From the human T2T-CHM13v2.0 reference genome, Homo sapiens: a stretch of 64,000 nt of DNA. Each line of letters opens with the position of its first letter. The stretch's first letter is position 1. Positions 12,748 to 25,130 of this stretch are shown one piece after another. Made by a program: the position numbers and the translations under genes. The DNA is taken from NCBI RefSeq assembly GCF_009914755.1, contig NC_060929.1. One strand, written 5' to 3'. The notes under the pieces are model-generated. The model was not told the origin of the DNA and ran no database searches. It worked only from the letters and a program-made list of their open reading frames with translations.

Positions 12748-14346
12748 CACCCTGTAAGGAAGGGATAAGTTTGCTTAATGTCTGCAGGTACTCTCTGCAA
12801 GCATGTACGCTATGTAGGGAGAAGGACCCCTTCACAGCTGCCCACCCCAATGTCTCCAATGCCTGCTTGGGGCCTGGAACCTGGCAGTGCTCAATAATCA
12901 TTTTAATAATCTCCATTCATTCAAAGATTATGACATAACTACTCCTTATTTTATTCTTTCTAACAGACTGACTCAAACTACTTCCTTAATACAGAATGTT
13001 CAGGAGGATAGAGATTCAGCTGACAGTTCTGGAAATTCTCTTGAATGCCTGAGGATTCTTTCTTACTATCAGCAAGGCCATATTATATTTGTATTAGACT
13101 TGTGTAGGAATTTTCTCCATTTGAAAACACACTCAAGTGTTGAGTGGCAGGTCAGTCAGCAAAGAGAGAATGTCATGTACTTCCCACTTTCCCACCCTTT
13201 GGGCTGCCATCATTCCCTAGAGTCTTACATTTCCCCAGTATGGCAGCCCTTATGTCAGACTTCTGAAGCACTTATGCTCTTTCAATGAGAGGAGATGCTG
13301 CTTCACTGCTAGTGAAATGCCATTTCAATTCCTTGCTACCTTTCATGGAGAAGATTTGTAGATGTGACTTCAACACAGAAAGTGAGAAAGGAAACTGAAG
13401 TGTCTGAGAGGTAGAAGACAGTTTGTTACCAGCACTAGCTCACTGGCTTACTCCCTAGCTGTTCCGATGAAACACATTCAGCAAAGCATGCCGAAGCACA
13501 GGGAAAGAACAAGTCTATAATGAGGCTGATAATGCTAGATGAGCATGGCATTTGGGGCAACTTATTTTTAGTTACCTGTAGTTTAGATTTAATTGTTGTC
13601 AATATATCAAGTTTATCTTTATTAAATAGTATAGTGCAATTTTCTGGAACTAGCAAGTGAAATATTTGGGGACATGGCTTTTGTCCTGAAAACCTGTCTA
13701 GAAATCTTCATGGGCATTTTAAATTAACACTATAGCATTAGCCAGATATAAATCCTCTTGTGAAGATAAGCTAGAGATCAAGGTCCCCTTTGCCTGCTTT
13801 AAAGAGTTGGAGTGTGACAGCAAGGACCTATTCTCAGTAAATCAGTAAGTGCACAGTGATTGTCACTGGAGTCTCCTCCAATGCCAAGGCACCTTGAGGA
13901 CAGTCCCCTCCCTAATGTTTTGTGATTCCTACCCTTCTCTTACCTGAGATTCCTGGAGATATTAACATCTCATTTCTAATTTTGTAATGAAAGCTTCCAT
14001 TCTTTGCACAGGGACATTGAATGTCACGGGTTATTAATGTAGCATTTTGGGGGGTAGGGTGTAATGGCCCCTCTTACTCCAGAAATCCTCCGGGAAACAG
14101 GTAGGCAAGTTTCTACATAAGTTAAGGTAGGTCTAGGAGACGGTTCTTCATCTCTTACCTTTTCAATTTTCTCTTGAGCCGATCATTCAACTTCTGATTC
14201 CTCTGTGCTTTGCTGACTCCACCCAGCAGCACACGTGTCAGCTTTTCTCTTCCAGTTAGAGTCAGTGCCAGGAAAACTTGTGAAGAAAGATCTATCCTTC
14301 TGGATGTATTCGCACAAATTATTTTGGTTGTAGGTGATTGAAACTA

Positions 14347-14595
14347 GTAGCAGTGGCACGATCTTGGCTCACCGCAACCTCCACCTCCCAGGTTCAAGTG
14401 ATTCTCGTGCCTCAGCCTCCCAAGTAGCTAGGATTACAGGCATCTGCCACCACACCTGCTAATTTTTGTATTTTTAGTAGAGATAGGGTTTCTCCATGTT
14501 GGCCAGGGTGGTCTCGAACTCCCGACCTCAGGTGATCCGCCCACCTTGGCATCCCAAAGTGTTGGGATTATGGGTGTGAGCCACCACCCCTGGCC
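14347..14595 (-). mobile_element. AluS lacking its 3' end and tail, inside an old MLT1-like LTR
   Basis: Alu body from gcagtggcacgatc to cctggcc; no poly-T; flanks resemble old MLT1 (ggttgtaggtg...aaagggaatttattgg). Confidence 0.9.
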
Positions 14596-16004
14596 CAAAC
14601 TAACTTTAAAAGGGAATTTATTGGTTTATTTAACCAGAGAGTCAAAAGGAAGGTATACCAGGTACAACTGATGGCATCCAGGGTTTCAAATAATGGGGTC
14701 AGGTTCCTGTCACACTGCATTCAGATCTGGGATCTGCAAGCCATCATTTCACACGGCTTCCAATCTCTGGATGGGACAGGCTCCCTCTTTCCCTCCCAGT
14801 GTGTGTATCTAAAAAGAACTTGCACTCCAGGGGTCAGAATATTTTGATTAGTCAGCTCAGATCATATTCCTGCTTCTGTGGTTGGGGAGGTAAGATTCTG
14901 TGACATTTTCACCCAAGTCACATGGGTGGTGCAGTCCCCCAGAGGAAGAAATTCAGAGACAACTGTGTAATGATGATGTCTGCAATACTGCCCTCACCAC
15001 ATGCTGCATAAGGTTTACCCTGCTGGGGAGGAGTTTTTATTCATCAGAATCTATTTCTATTCATCGCCACGGGGTGGTTCTTTTCCACCCAACAGCCTAA
15101 CTCTGCTGCTCCCAAGGGCAGAACAAGGACAGATAGGTGGATGTTTCAGGGAAGTAAAGTTCAGCTAAATATAAGGCAGAACTTTTACTAGACTTTTTAG
15201 AAGAGTCAAAAAAGGTATTGTCTTAAAAATGGTGGCTTCTGTGTCACTGGTTTTTAAGCAAGTGCCTGCTGTCCACATGTAGAATATATTTTTTAGAGAT
15301 GATTTGTATAATAGGGAGTAGTAGAAACAAATGACCAGCACTTCTGACTCCATATGAAAAGTGTTCCTCTCTGAGCATGCCCAGGTGTACAAACACACTT
15401 GCTTAACAGGTTTGAAGCGTAGGTCAGATAAACAGGTAGGGCCTGACACACAACTTTTTTGTTAAGTTTTTAATTATTGTCTCTTAAAAGGTTCTTAAGA
15501 TGGTTTTTCTCTCTCATAAAATTTTTTATGCACATAAAAGACTGAACTATTTTTAGCTTTATACATTACATGTAAAGGTTTTACCTTGAAATAGATTTTC
15601 ATTTATTTATTCAGCCTTCAGATTTTCCTTATATTGACTCATTTCTTTAGTAAAATATAATATATAATAATTTGACCGATGAATTTTCTGATCGACTCTA
15701 ATATTTTTATAAATACATTCTCATCTTTAATGTGAACATTATCAAAAAGTTATGAAGTTTTCTTTAAGGTTATAGTCTCCAATTATTTTTCATGAGTTAA
15801 AACATAAAAATAGATTTTTATGTTAGAGATTTCACTTGCAAGATGAGAAGTTTTATGTAAATGGCTGTATTAAATATTTATTTTGTAATATCAAAACCAT
15901 ATATTTTGAGTATTTGGGGTTTTATTTGGCAACGAGAACAAAAATAGTGATTAAAACAATAAAATTAAAATCCTTAAAGGTTTGTGATGTATCAGCCTTT
16001 AAAG

Positions 16005-16240
16005 ATTTAGAGCTTGGGTACTGGATTCAGGTACCTGGGTTCAAATCAAATGCATTTTCTAGCTGTGTGACTTAGGAAGGCTGATGACTTTTTCATGCTT
16101 CCATTTCCAACTATGTAGAATGTTAACAATAGAAGTGCCTGCTTTTCAGAACTGCGGTGAGTTTAAAAGAGAGAATGCAGGTAAAGTCCATGGCATAACA
16201 CCTATCACATAGTAACAACCCAGCAAACATCTAGCTCTTT
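16005..16240 (+). mobile_element. MIR SINE
   Basis: cctgggttcaaatc...tagctgtgtgacttagg core; cacatagtaa 3' end. Confidence 0.75.
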
Positions 16241-17243
16241 TAATATTATTTTCTGCTTAATAACCTCCAGAGACATAAAGCACTGTACAGAGGAAAAGTG
16301 TACTAGCTCTGCCAGTCATCAACAAATAGCAATTTTAGTTGTTCACGGTCATTGCATTTTGTTTTTGACCCTGATCTTTTGCTTTGTGTGAACTTTATTT
16401 TGAGGTGAGTTGAAGCGTTAACTTCTTCATGTTTAATAAGTGCAACAGTTGTTAGTGTTAAATGCCCTTGTATGAAGGTTATGATTCTGACTGAAACTAA
16501 AGTGGAGAAAAATTTGAATCATAAGTGGGATAAGAAATGTTACATGTTGGAGATGCATGTGAGATAAACTCTTCAATTGTGGCAGTGATTCAGAAGGCAA
16601 AGACTGTCTCATGAACCATGGAAAATGTATGATGTCCTTCAAAAAGAGACAAGGGCAAGTGATCAAATAGCCCTAAAATATGTGGCTAGATTATAGAAAA
16701 TGAAAATTAGATGCTAGGACTAATCCAAGGCAGTGTTTAAAAAAACAACTGAATCTGGGTAGGTGTGAAGGGGCTGCCAATGTGAGGTGGCAATGATAGT
16801 GCCTGCTGCCTGTCAGCTGAGTGCTAGGGGCTCTGACACTGTCTGAGAACTGAAAACTGAGCACAGGAAAGAGCTGCTGCTAAAAAGTTGTACAAAAAAG
16901 GCTTATAAAGGCTTATTATTAAAAACATCATTTATTTTTAAATTAATGGGAGTTAATTAGTATACCTTCCTAGGTGCCAAGGGGTTCCCTCTAAAACTGC
17001 CTCAACGGATGAAACTGGTCACTTATGGAAAAAGTAAAAAAAACAACAACAGATTATATATCACCAAGGGGAGGACAGACACGACTGGCTTTAATGCATC
17101 AAAGAATTAATTTGTACTCTTACTTTGAGGAAATGTGTCTGGGAACCGCAAACTTAAATCTCTCTTCTTTTGAAGTTAACATACCTACAGAGTTAATTAA
17201 AAAACAACATTTCAGAGTCTAACCTGCCTTGAAGAAGAGAAGC

Positions 17244-17273
17244 TTCTGTGTGAGCAGTTCTGCTCACACAGAA
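17244..17273. repeat. Perfect inverted repeat, 14-bp arms, 2-nt spacer
   Basis: TTCTGTGTGAGCAG-TT-CTGCTCACACAGAA. Confidence 0.95.
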
Positions 17274-18200
17274 ATTTATTTAGGAAATACCCTTTGGAAT
17301 TATTTCTATATAACTAAAAATGACATGGAAAATATAATTTTTGAAATTAACTTGAAACTCAAATTAACTTGAAACACTACAGAGTTCAAACCTTCTTGCT
17401 TGGTCATAGGATGTGAAGGAAAAGTTTTCATGCTAGAATTAATTTCCGTGGCCCTTTCTCACAAGATAATAGCTAAAATACAACGTGTTTTGTACTATTT
17501 AATTTTATTCTTCCCACCTGTTAAAAGCTTTTTTTTGTGTGTTATGAAATAAACAGCTTTTCAAAAAGATTCTCAAATTTCCTCAAGTGCTCTGTATGTC
17601 AAATGTACTAACAATTATCATCTTTTCTTTAAGTGGTTCAGTCTTTTCAGGAGTAAGAGTTATGGTACTGAAGCATACAAAACACACTCAATAATAGCAC
17701 AACATGATGGGGAGAGGCAAATGGGTCATTGTAAAACACCTCAATTTTCCTTTTTCCTTTTTATGAACTATAACTTAAAACAGTAAAAAATGGATCATTT
17801 TATAATGCTGATATAAAACCAGGTGAACAAGTAGACAAATTAAAGGGTAATGCCATACTTTACATGTTGTAATAAAAATTCAACAACTTATCACGAATCT
17901 GAGGTAAAAGTCACCATTATTTAAAAATAACTATCATAATGATTGGAAACCCAATTCTTCTTGCTCTGTGAGGCCTGCTGCTCAGGTGTCTGCTGTTAAT
18001 TGATCTGCCTGGATGCACTCACAGAGGAGCCACTTCATTTGGGTACCACTGTCTCCCACTGGGCATGTTCACATCTGCCAGGCAACACTGCTCCTCTTGC
18101 TCAGTGCTGCTGTACCCCACTGGTGCCAGGCTGATGCTGTGTTCCTGGAGCCCTGCACTTTGTTCCATGTAGAAATGAGGAATATGTTCCATGTTGGTAC

Positions 18201-18296
18201 TGACGTCATCACAGTTTGCTTCCACTGTCTTACTGATTTTTAACTAAAACAGCTGCCAGCTTTTATGCCCAGACAGCTCTCCCATCCCACCCCACC
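18201..18296 (-). promoter_or_regulatory. Candidate core promoter (TATA-like, Inr, CRE, E-box, CACCC)
   Basis: Minus strand CATAAAAG 18267-18260 and TCAGT Inr with +1 near 18234; TGACGTCA 18201-18208; CAGCTG 18250-18255; CCCACCCCACC 18286-18296. Motif evidence only. Confidence 0.35.
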
Positions 18297-18680
18297 TTCA
18301 ACAGGTCTCTAACACATATTCACTAGAAGCTAAGTCTTCACATGGGTACTGCTGATCTCTTCCCCATAGATCATTGTTTCTAATGTGACTTCTTTTGACT
18401 GTGTTTGACTCAGCATGAATAGCATACAATTCAAGGTTTACTTATTCTTTTAGGATCAAAACACATAGAAGGAATATCTATTTTGGGGGTCCTGGGTTTG
18501 GAAAATGTAATTGGCTTTTCAGTTGGGTTCTTTTACTTGTGAGTAGTAGTCTGAAAATTCATAAACAAAAATATTACTTCACATTCATTATTGGATATAA
18601 GATAAATTATTAATTGAGTCAACTAAGTTCAGATTAATAAGATTTACCTTGTTTAACTCATTTGGAAAATTGAGCCATTA

Positions 18681-18821
<141 letters not shown>

Positions 18822-18959
18822 TTACCTACCTCAAATATTTTTCTTGAGGGTCCCATTAGCACATGTTAAAATGTCTTACAGTTGGAGTGCCCCTTCCCCT
18901 TTCTTTACGTAAATCTTTGATGTGAATGTGAGGTATGCAGCCATTCAGAGGCCATGCAG

Positions 18960-19203
18960 CAAAGCAGATGACAGCCCAGTCTCTGAAGCAGATATGTGCT
19001 TGAATTCTGCTTCTTTATTTAATATCTGTGTGTCCTTGAGCAACTTAACCTCTTCATTCCAGTGTTCAAAGTGTAAATAGGAATAATAATCGTGGTATCT
19101 ACCTCACAGGGTTCTTGTGAGAACTGAATGAATTTGAAATTTGTCAACAGCTTAAAACAGCACCTGGCTTATGGTAATCCCTCAATAAATGTTAGCTACT
19201 ATT
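18960..19203 (+). mobile_element. MIR SINE
   Basis: ctgtgtgtccttgagcaacttaacctc...tacctcacagggttcttgtgag...ctcaataaatgttagctactatt. Confidence 0.8.
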
Positions 19204-19289
19204 GCTAGTATATGCCAGTCTATTCATTTTATTTCACAGAGACAACTTCCCATTTGATAGCCAAACTGGGAAATATTGAAATGATTTAG

Positions 19290-19480
19290 ATTGGTAGGTT
19301 TCAAACATGAGCCTCTATCAGAATCACCTAGAGGGCTTGTTATGAGCAGATTGTGGGAAATTCTCATTCTCAGAATTTCTTATTGTGGTGTGGGGTTGAG
19401 AGGGCTTGGTGAGAATTTTCATTTCTAAGAAGTTTCTGTCGAATGCTGGTGCTGTTTGTTAGGACCATATTTACAAGGTT
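19290..19480. mobile_element. MER5A hAT DNA transposon remnant
   Basis: atcagaatcacctagagggcttgtt...agaattttcatttctaagaagtt. Confidence 0.65.
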
Positions 19481-21371
19481 CTTGGCCAGCAACCTAGACC
19501 ACATGGGAGTGCAGGGCAGCGAGAGGTCAGCAGGTTGTTAGTAGGTCTTAGCCAACTGTGCTGGAGCTCAGAGAAGGCCTCTATGTCACACGGAGGAATT
19601 GGAGGGCAAATTCAGAGAGAATAGTCATGAGCTGGGAGAAAGGGGTGCACAGCTCAGTGGGTGCCCCAGGCTTTGGGGTAGGGATGCAGGATTCTAACAG
19701 CTACCAAATGCAGCAAGCAGCTGAGCGAGCAGGTTGGCTGTATCAGTGCCTGAAATTGAGCACAGCCAGGGAAGACAGTATGACAAGTAACATACTTCTT
19801 CATAGCTATGCTTTTTTTTTTCCTCACATTTTTTTCTCCTAAAAACAGAGTGTATCTTACAATTAAATGTAGTGGTTCCCACCTCCACAAAAAGTGGTAT
19901 TGTGTTGATATTGGTGTCTTAAGATTATCTTAGAATCAAAGAAATTAAGTCCTTTAGCCTTAATTTCACTTATCAAATCTCTTTTTGAATCTTTTTTCCT
20001 CCCTCTCTTTAATTTGATTACTAGTGCTTTGTGCCTTAGAGAACAATGACTTTTTTTTAAACAGTGAATTTGCTTAATTTGGCTCTCTAAAAGATACAAG
20101 GTTGAATTGTGCCTGGCATTCCTTAGTTGGTGCCATCTAAAGTCACAAATTTAACAAGATAAGGGACATTCATACAACTCTGGAACAATTTGTTAGGACT
20201 GAAGCATGAAGCAGAAATATCATCATGTCTTTCCATATCAATATTAATGTTGCAAGGTTGAAAAGAATAAAGGCTTGTTGAGATTTCTAAATTGAATAAA
20301 TACGGGATGCAGAGAGGAAATGTGTTTATGCCATTCCAAGTGTCATTTATAAAATGATCTCATACACATGAGAAATGCTTTTAAATCAACAGATAGCATA
20401 CTTACATAGGTGTGCTTCTAAACCTAGTGGCAATATATTTGAGAAAAATCTTTTAATATTAAGGAGCTCCAGATATCTGCTCTGGGTGGCACAAGGCCCC
20501 TCCCTTCATTTTTACCTTCTTCCTTTTACTATCAGGTCCCTCTCAAGTAACAGAATGCAAGCATTAATACACCAAGGGAGACAACGACCCATGATGTGGA
20601 GCCATTTATTTAATTTGATTATACTAATGCAGCAAAATAACTACTTGAGCGAGTGTTAGTGAAATAGTAGCATTTTTTGCATTAAAGATATACCACAGAA
20701 TGAATAGTATCTGTCTGTCTGTCTATCTGTCATCTGTCTATCCTGTGTAACTTGTGCCAAAATTTATGTCTTATTGCAACTCTTCTTTTATGTGATGATG
20801 GTGGTAGTAAGATGCTGTGATAGAAATATTTTTGCCATGCATTAGAAAGCAATGAACTAAAAAAAAGAACTATATTTATACTTTTCAGAGCAGTAGTAAA
20901 GTTATATTGCTTTAGTTTTTGTTGGGGAGTTTTTTTTCCAATGTAATTACAGAGCTTAGAACTTGGTAAGATAGGTAAGAAAGGTTTTTCAATGATGTTG
21001 AAATGACACTTGTGTTGTTGGCATTATCAAGCAATGCAGAGGCCACCCAGTGTTGTCACTTAGTGCCTTATTAACACTTCTGGAAATGACTTTAAACACT
21101 CAAAAGCTTCCTTTTAAGTAAATGTGAAATGGTAATATAAAGTTGCCATGGAAGTTTCATAATTAAAATTTTGAAGGCTGTACTGATGCTTCTGCAGTGT
21201 GTCCTGAGATTTATTGGTAGGTTTGCTACTGTTTCTAAACTATGTTCTGAGATTTCATGGTGGTATTTCTCTAATTGCATAGCAAGTTGGGGTAAGCCTT
21301 TCTGTCCTGGTAGTGTCACAGAAATGGGCAAAGAATCAAGATCCAAGATCCTTTTCCAAATCTCTTGCTTT

Positions 21372-21720
21372 ATCAGTCATGAACTTTGTTCAGCTGCTAG
21401 TAATAGAGACCTGAATTTAGCAGCTGGAAAGGTTGTTTTCATTTCATGTAACAGGAACTCTGAAGTAGGCAGTTACTGGTTTTGGTTTAGTGGCTCAAGA
21501 ATGTCCTGGCCAAAGTCTCTACATTCTTTTGGTATTCCCTCATGATCAAGAGGCGCTGGACCTTTAGCTATCATATTTGCTTTCCAGTTAACAGGAAAAA
21601 CGAAGTGCAGAGGGGCAAAAAGAGCTTTCTCAGAAGCTCCAGCAAGAGCTTTTGCTTATTTTTCATAGGCTTATCTCTGTCTTCAAAGGAGATTGGGAAA
21701 TGGAGTTTTTCAGATGGACT
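21372..21720 (-). mobile_element. Old MLT1 (J/K-like) LTR remnant
   Basis: gttcagctgctagtaatagagacc...catgtaacaggaactctgaagtaggcagt. Confidence 0.45.
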
Positions 21721-21911
21721 TTTAACCCAGGGTTCTACTGATAAGGAATAAGTTGTCAGATACTTTCCACCACATTGATTGACTCCCAAAGTGGTTTCAG
21801 TCCCTAAGAGACTATGTGAGAATCTCTGTATTCTGGCCTAATCTCTTCTTCAGCACACTACACCTCAGTCCCATCTACTTGGGCTTCCCTGCCTTTGTTC
21901 ACATCACCCAC

Positions 21912-22340
21912 TATTTTAGTTTGGATTGTCCCAGAAGCAGGCCCTAAGACAAAGTACGGAATGCAAGTGGTTTATTTGGGAAGCACAGTAGGGAAGTAGG
22001 GAAGGGAAATAGAGAGGGGAAGGCAGCCAATACAGATTGTGCCCTCAAGCCAGCTACCACTATGGGCAATCAGAGCTTAATTGCATGGGGATCACATCCT
22101 GGGGTTGTCTCACCAAAAGTGAAGGAAATGAGGCATTTATATACCAGCTATTGTCAGCCATTGGTTGTTTCCTGCCACTGTTAATTCCTTGGCCCTTTAG
22201 ATCTGCCATGCCCAGGCAAAGTAGCCTTCCTGGACTTCTGAGAAAGCCTTTAGGCAAAGACAGTCAGATTCTGGCCATTGGAAGTCATTGAGTGATAAGG
22301 TCCAAGAGGTGTGAGTAGGTACCTACAGCATCTGCTCCAC
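21912..22340 (-). mobile_element. LTR33/LTR16-like ERV-L LTR
   Basis: cccagaagcaggccctaagacaaag...gcaagtggtttatttggga...gaaggcagccaata. Confidence 0.7.
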
Positions 22341-22441
22341 CCACCCTGATTGTAAATGTCCTTTCCTTATTTCTGTTGGTCTGAGGAACACCCACAGATT
22401 TTCATAACCCTATGAAAGAAGGAGGAGTTACTTCCTTGATA

Positions 22442-23019
22442 TGTTATTTTGCTACTGCTGTGTGACAAATTACGATGAATTTAGTGGCTTAAAACTATGC
22501 CCATTTATTACCTCACAGTTCTGTAGGTTAGAAGTCTGGGTAGGTTTGGCTGAGTTTTATGCTCAGGGTATCAAAATGCTGAAATCAAGGTGTCTAGGCT
22601 GTTTTAGCTGGAGGCTCTGGGAAAGAATCTGTTGCCGGCTCTTTCAGTTTATTGGTAGAATTCAGTTCTTTGTGGTTATGGGACTGACGTTCTCATTTGC
22701 TTGCTGATTTTCAGCAGGGGCTGCCCTCAGCTCCTAGAGGCTCCCGCATTCCTTCCCATGTGGCTCCCTTCATCTTCAAACCAGCAATGACATGTTGCAT
22801 TGCTCTCATGTTTGGCATTTCTCTGACTTCCTCTTCTGCCACAAGCCAGAGAAAGCTCTCTGCTGATTAGATCTGGCTCCTTTGGATAATCTTCCTATCT
22901 CAGGGCAGCTGTGCCATATAACATAATTTAATTATGGGAGCTATAGATGATCAAAATTACAGGTTCTAGGGATTAGGATATAGAATTTTGGGGAAATTTT
23001 TAGAATTTTGCCTACTACA
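22442..23019 (-). mobile_element. MLT1 (E-like) LTR
   Basis: acaaattac...tttagtggcttaaaac...ctcacagttctgtagg...ggttctagggattagg...gcctactaca. Confidence 0.8.
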
Positions 23020-23397
23020 CTAAGCTCTTTTCCGGTAAAACCTCTCTACCTTTCTCTGTTCGCTTTGCTCCCACGCCCCAAATATAATTGGTACTTTTGC
23101 CTTCAAGTTCTTATTGTACTCTGTCCTTTTATCGGAGGACATAGAACTTATTATTGTGCTAATTATTATTCTGAAAGGCAAGTTTAAGAATCATGCAGTG
23201 AGGATTTGAATATGATCTTGAGTGGTAAGACTTAGTGCTGATTGCTAAACTCTCCAAGTTTCAACTTTTTTAAAAACTATAAAATTACCTTGCTGGGTTA
23301 TGAAATTTAAATTTAAATACAAATATGCACAAAACCATCCACACTGACTACAGATAGATAAAGAAAGAGGAAGCAGGTGAACATACAAGAAAGAAAA

Positions 23398-23520
23398 ACT
23401 CAGGAGGTTGAGATGGAAGGATCACTTGAGTCCAAGAGTTCAGGGTTACAGTGAGCTATGATCATACTACTGCACTCCCCTCAGGGTAACAGAGAGACCC
23501 TGTGTCTAAAACAAAAAGAA
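23398..23520 (+). mobile_element. Alu right-arm / FRAM fragment
   Basis: actcaggaggttgag...ggatcacttgag...cagtgagctatgatc...A tail. Confidence 0.8.
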
Positions 23521-24605
23521 TCTCCACTGTTTAAAAAATAGTCTATTGTTTTTGTTATCAATATTAGGATGCTATAAAATCAATTGTTCAACTGAGTCTA
23601 ACTGGTGGAAGCAATGACTTGTACTAGTTCAACCTAGGACTACAGTATTCAAAAGCATTGCCATGAGATCATTCCCTGTGAAAATATTTTTCCAGTTTTC
23701 AGTGGGTGAGCTCCATAGCCAGTAGTCTGGAATATTCAGGCACAATTTCTGCTGTTCCTAGGCAGCTGCACTGACATGTACTTACCAAGTTGCTTCAGTG
23801 ATTCGTGAGATTATTTCTAAACAGAAATTCTGAAAGGCAGTGTGATGGGCTTGTCAAATGTTAATGCCATACTGAACTGTTTTCTCTCCTGAGGGGTTTG
23901 GAGATTCACATTTTAGGCTACTGGGGGGATATGCAGTGGATTTGGTTCTGGGAAGCATATTGTTTCGAACATAATAATTGTGAAAGATATTTTGAAATAA
24001 GACACTCTCAGCTATTTAGGGATACCATTTTTAAACTTTTTTTAAGTGAACAAATATTTTTTGAAGCCCACAGGATGAATATCAACTTTCCTAGAGAGAA
24101 ACTTAGTGGAAAGTAAATGTGGTTAGCTCCCTCACACTTACAGGATAAGAAACGAGCTTTTAAAAAAGTGACAGATAATACCTTTCATAAAGACAATTGT
24201 CCTATTTTTATTACATTTGAAACTTTAGTTCTCAAGGTCTAATTGGGATTTCCAGCCATTCAAGGTATGTCTTAAACCTTTGTTGAGTGATGCATCCCCA
24301 TTCACGAATGAGTGATGTGGCAATAACATCCCACATATTGAAGAGAGCTATTTTTTTCTTCATTGTATTCTATATTCAGTAGTTGAATCAGATTTTTTTC
24401 CAAAGTAAAGTGTTGTCACAAGTTTTGTGTGTGTTTAATTTATTCTCAGTTGAAATTTTATAGGAGAGAAAATTTATAATGGTAAATTTTGATTGACTAA
24501 TTGATGTTCTTGTTTCTTTTTCAAGAGCCCCATGTGGATGAGATCAGCTGATTGTATTTTTTAGGTCATGGTGCACTATTATCAATCCATGCAAACCCAT
24601 CTTCA

Positions 24606-24750
24606 GTTTTATTTTTATTTATTTATTTTTTAGTGGAGACAAGGTTTTGCCATGTTGCCCAGGTTGGTCTTGAACTCCTGAACTCAAACAATCCACCTGC
24701 CTCAGCCTCTCAAAGTGCTGGGATTACAAGAGTGAGCTAATGTGCCCAGT
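24606..24750 (-). mobile_element. FLAM_C / Alu left monomer
   Basis: T-rich tail, gccatgttgcccaggttggtcttgaactcctg...gtgctgggattaca. Confidence 0.85.
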
Positions 24751-24899
24751 TTTTTTTAAATGATTAATTTTATCCTTCAGTCCTGATCCTCAGATGCATT
24801 CATTCTTGCCCACTAGCCTCCAGTACATTGCATTTACTTAGATATTTGTGTATGCTTGTAAAAATTTAGTGTGTGTGTGTGTTTTAATGTGCATGATTA

Positions 24900-25130
24900 G
24901 ATATTATCTATGATTATAATGCTGCATAAGTTTCATTATGTTTCACTCAAAATTATTACTGAGCTCCATCCATGTTGCTATCTTCTACTTCTGACTGCTG
25001 CATCTTTTTTTTTAACTGTACACATATACCACATTTTACTTTTTTATTCTAAATTCATGGATGCTTGACTAACTTTCTACTCTTCCTCCTGCAACCAATG
25101 CTGCAGTAAACATTCGTATACATGGACCTA
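24900..25130 (-). mobile_element. Old L1ME 3' fragment
   Basis: tccatccatgttgcta...taccacatttt...aatgctgcagtaaacattc. Confidence 0.5.

Noticed and set aside
12887-13288. 133-aa ORF downstream of LTR7
   Set aside because: Non-ATG start, no recognisable domain and no convincing splice context.
17344-17375. 15-bp repeat AAATTAACTTGAAAC x2
   Set aside because: Ordinary AT-rich slippage duplication.
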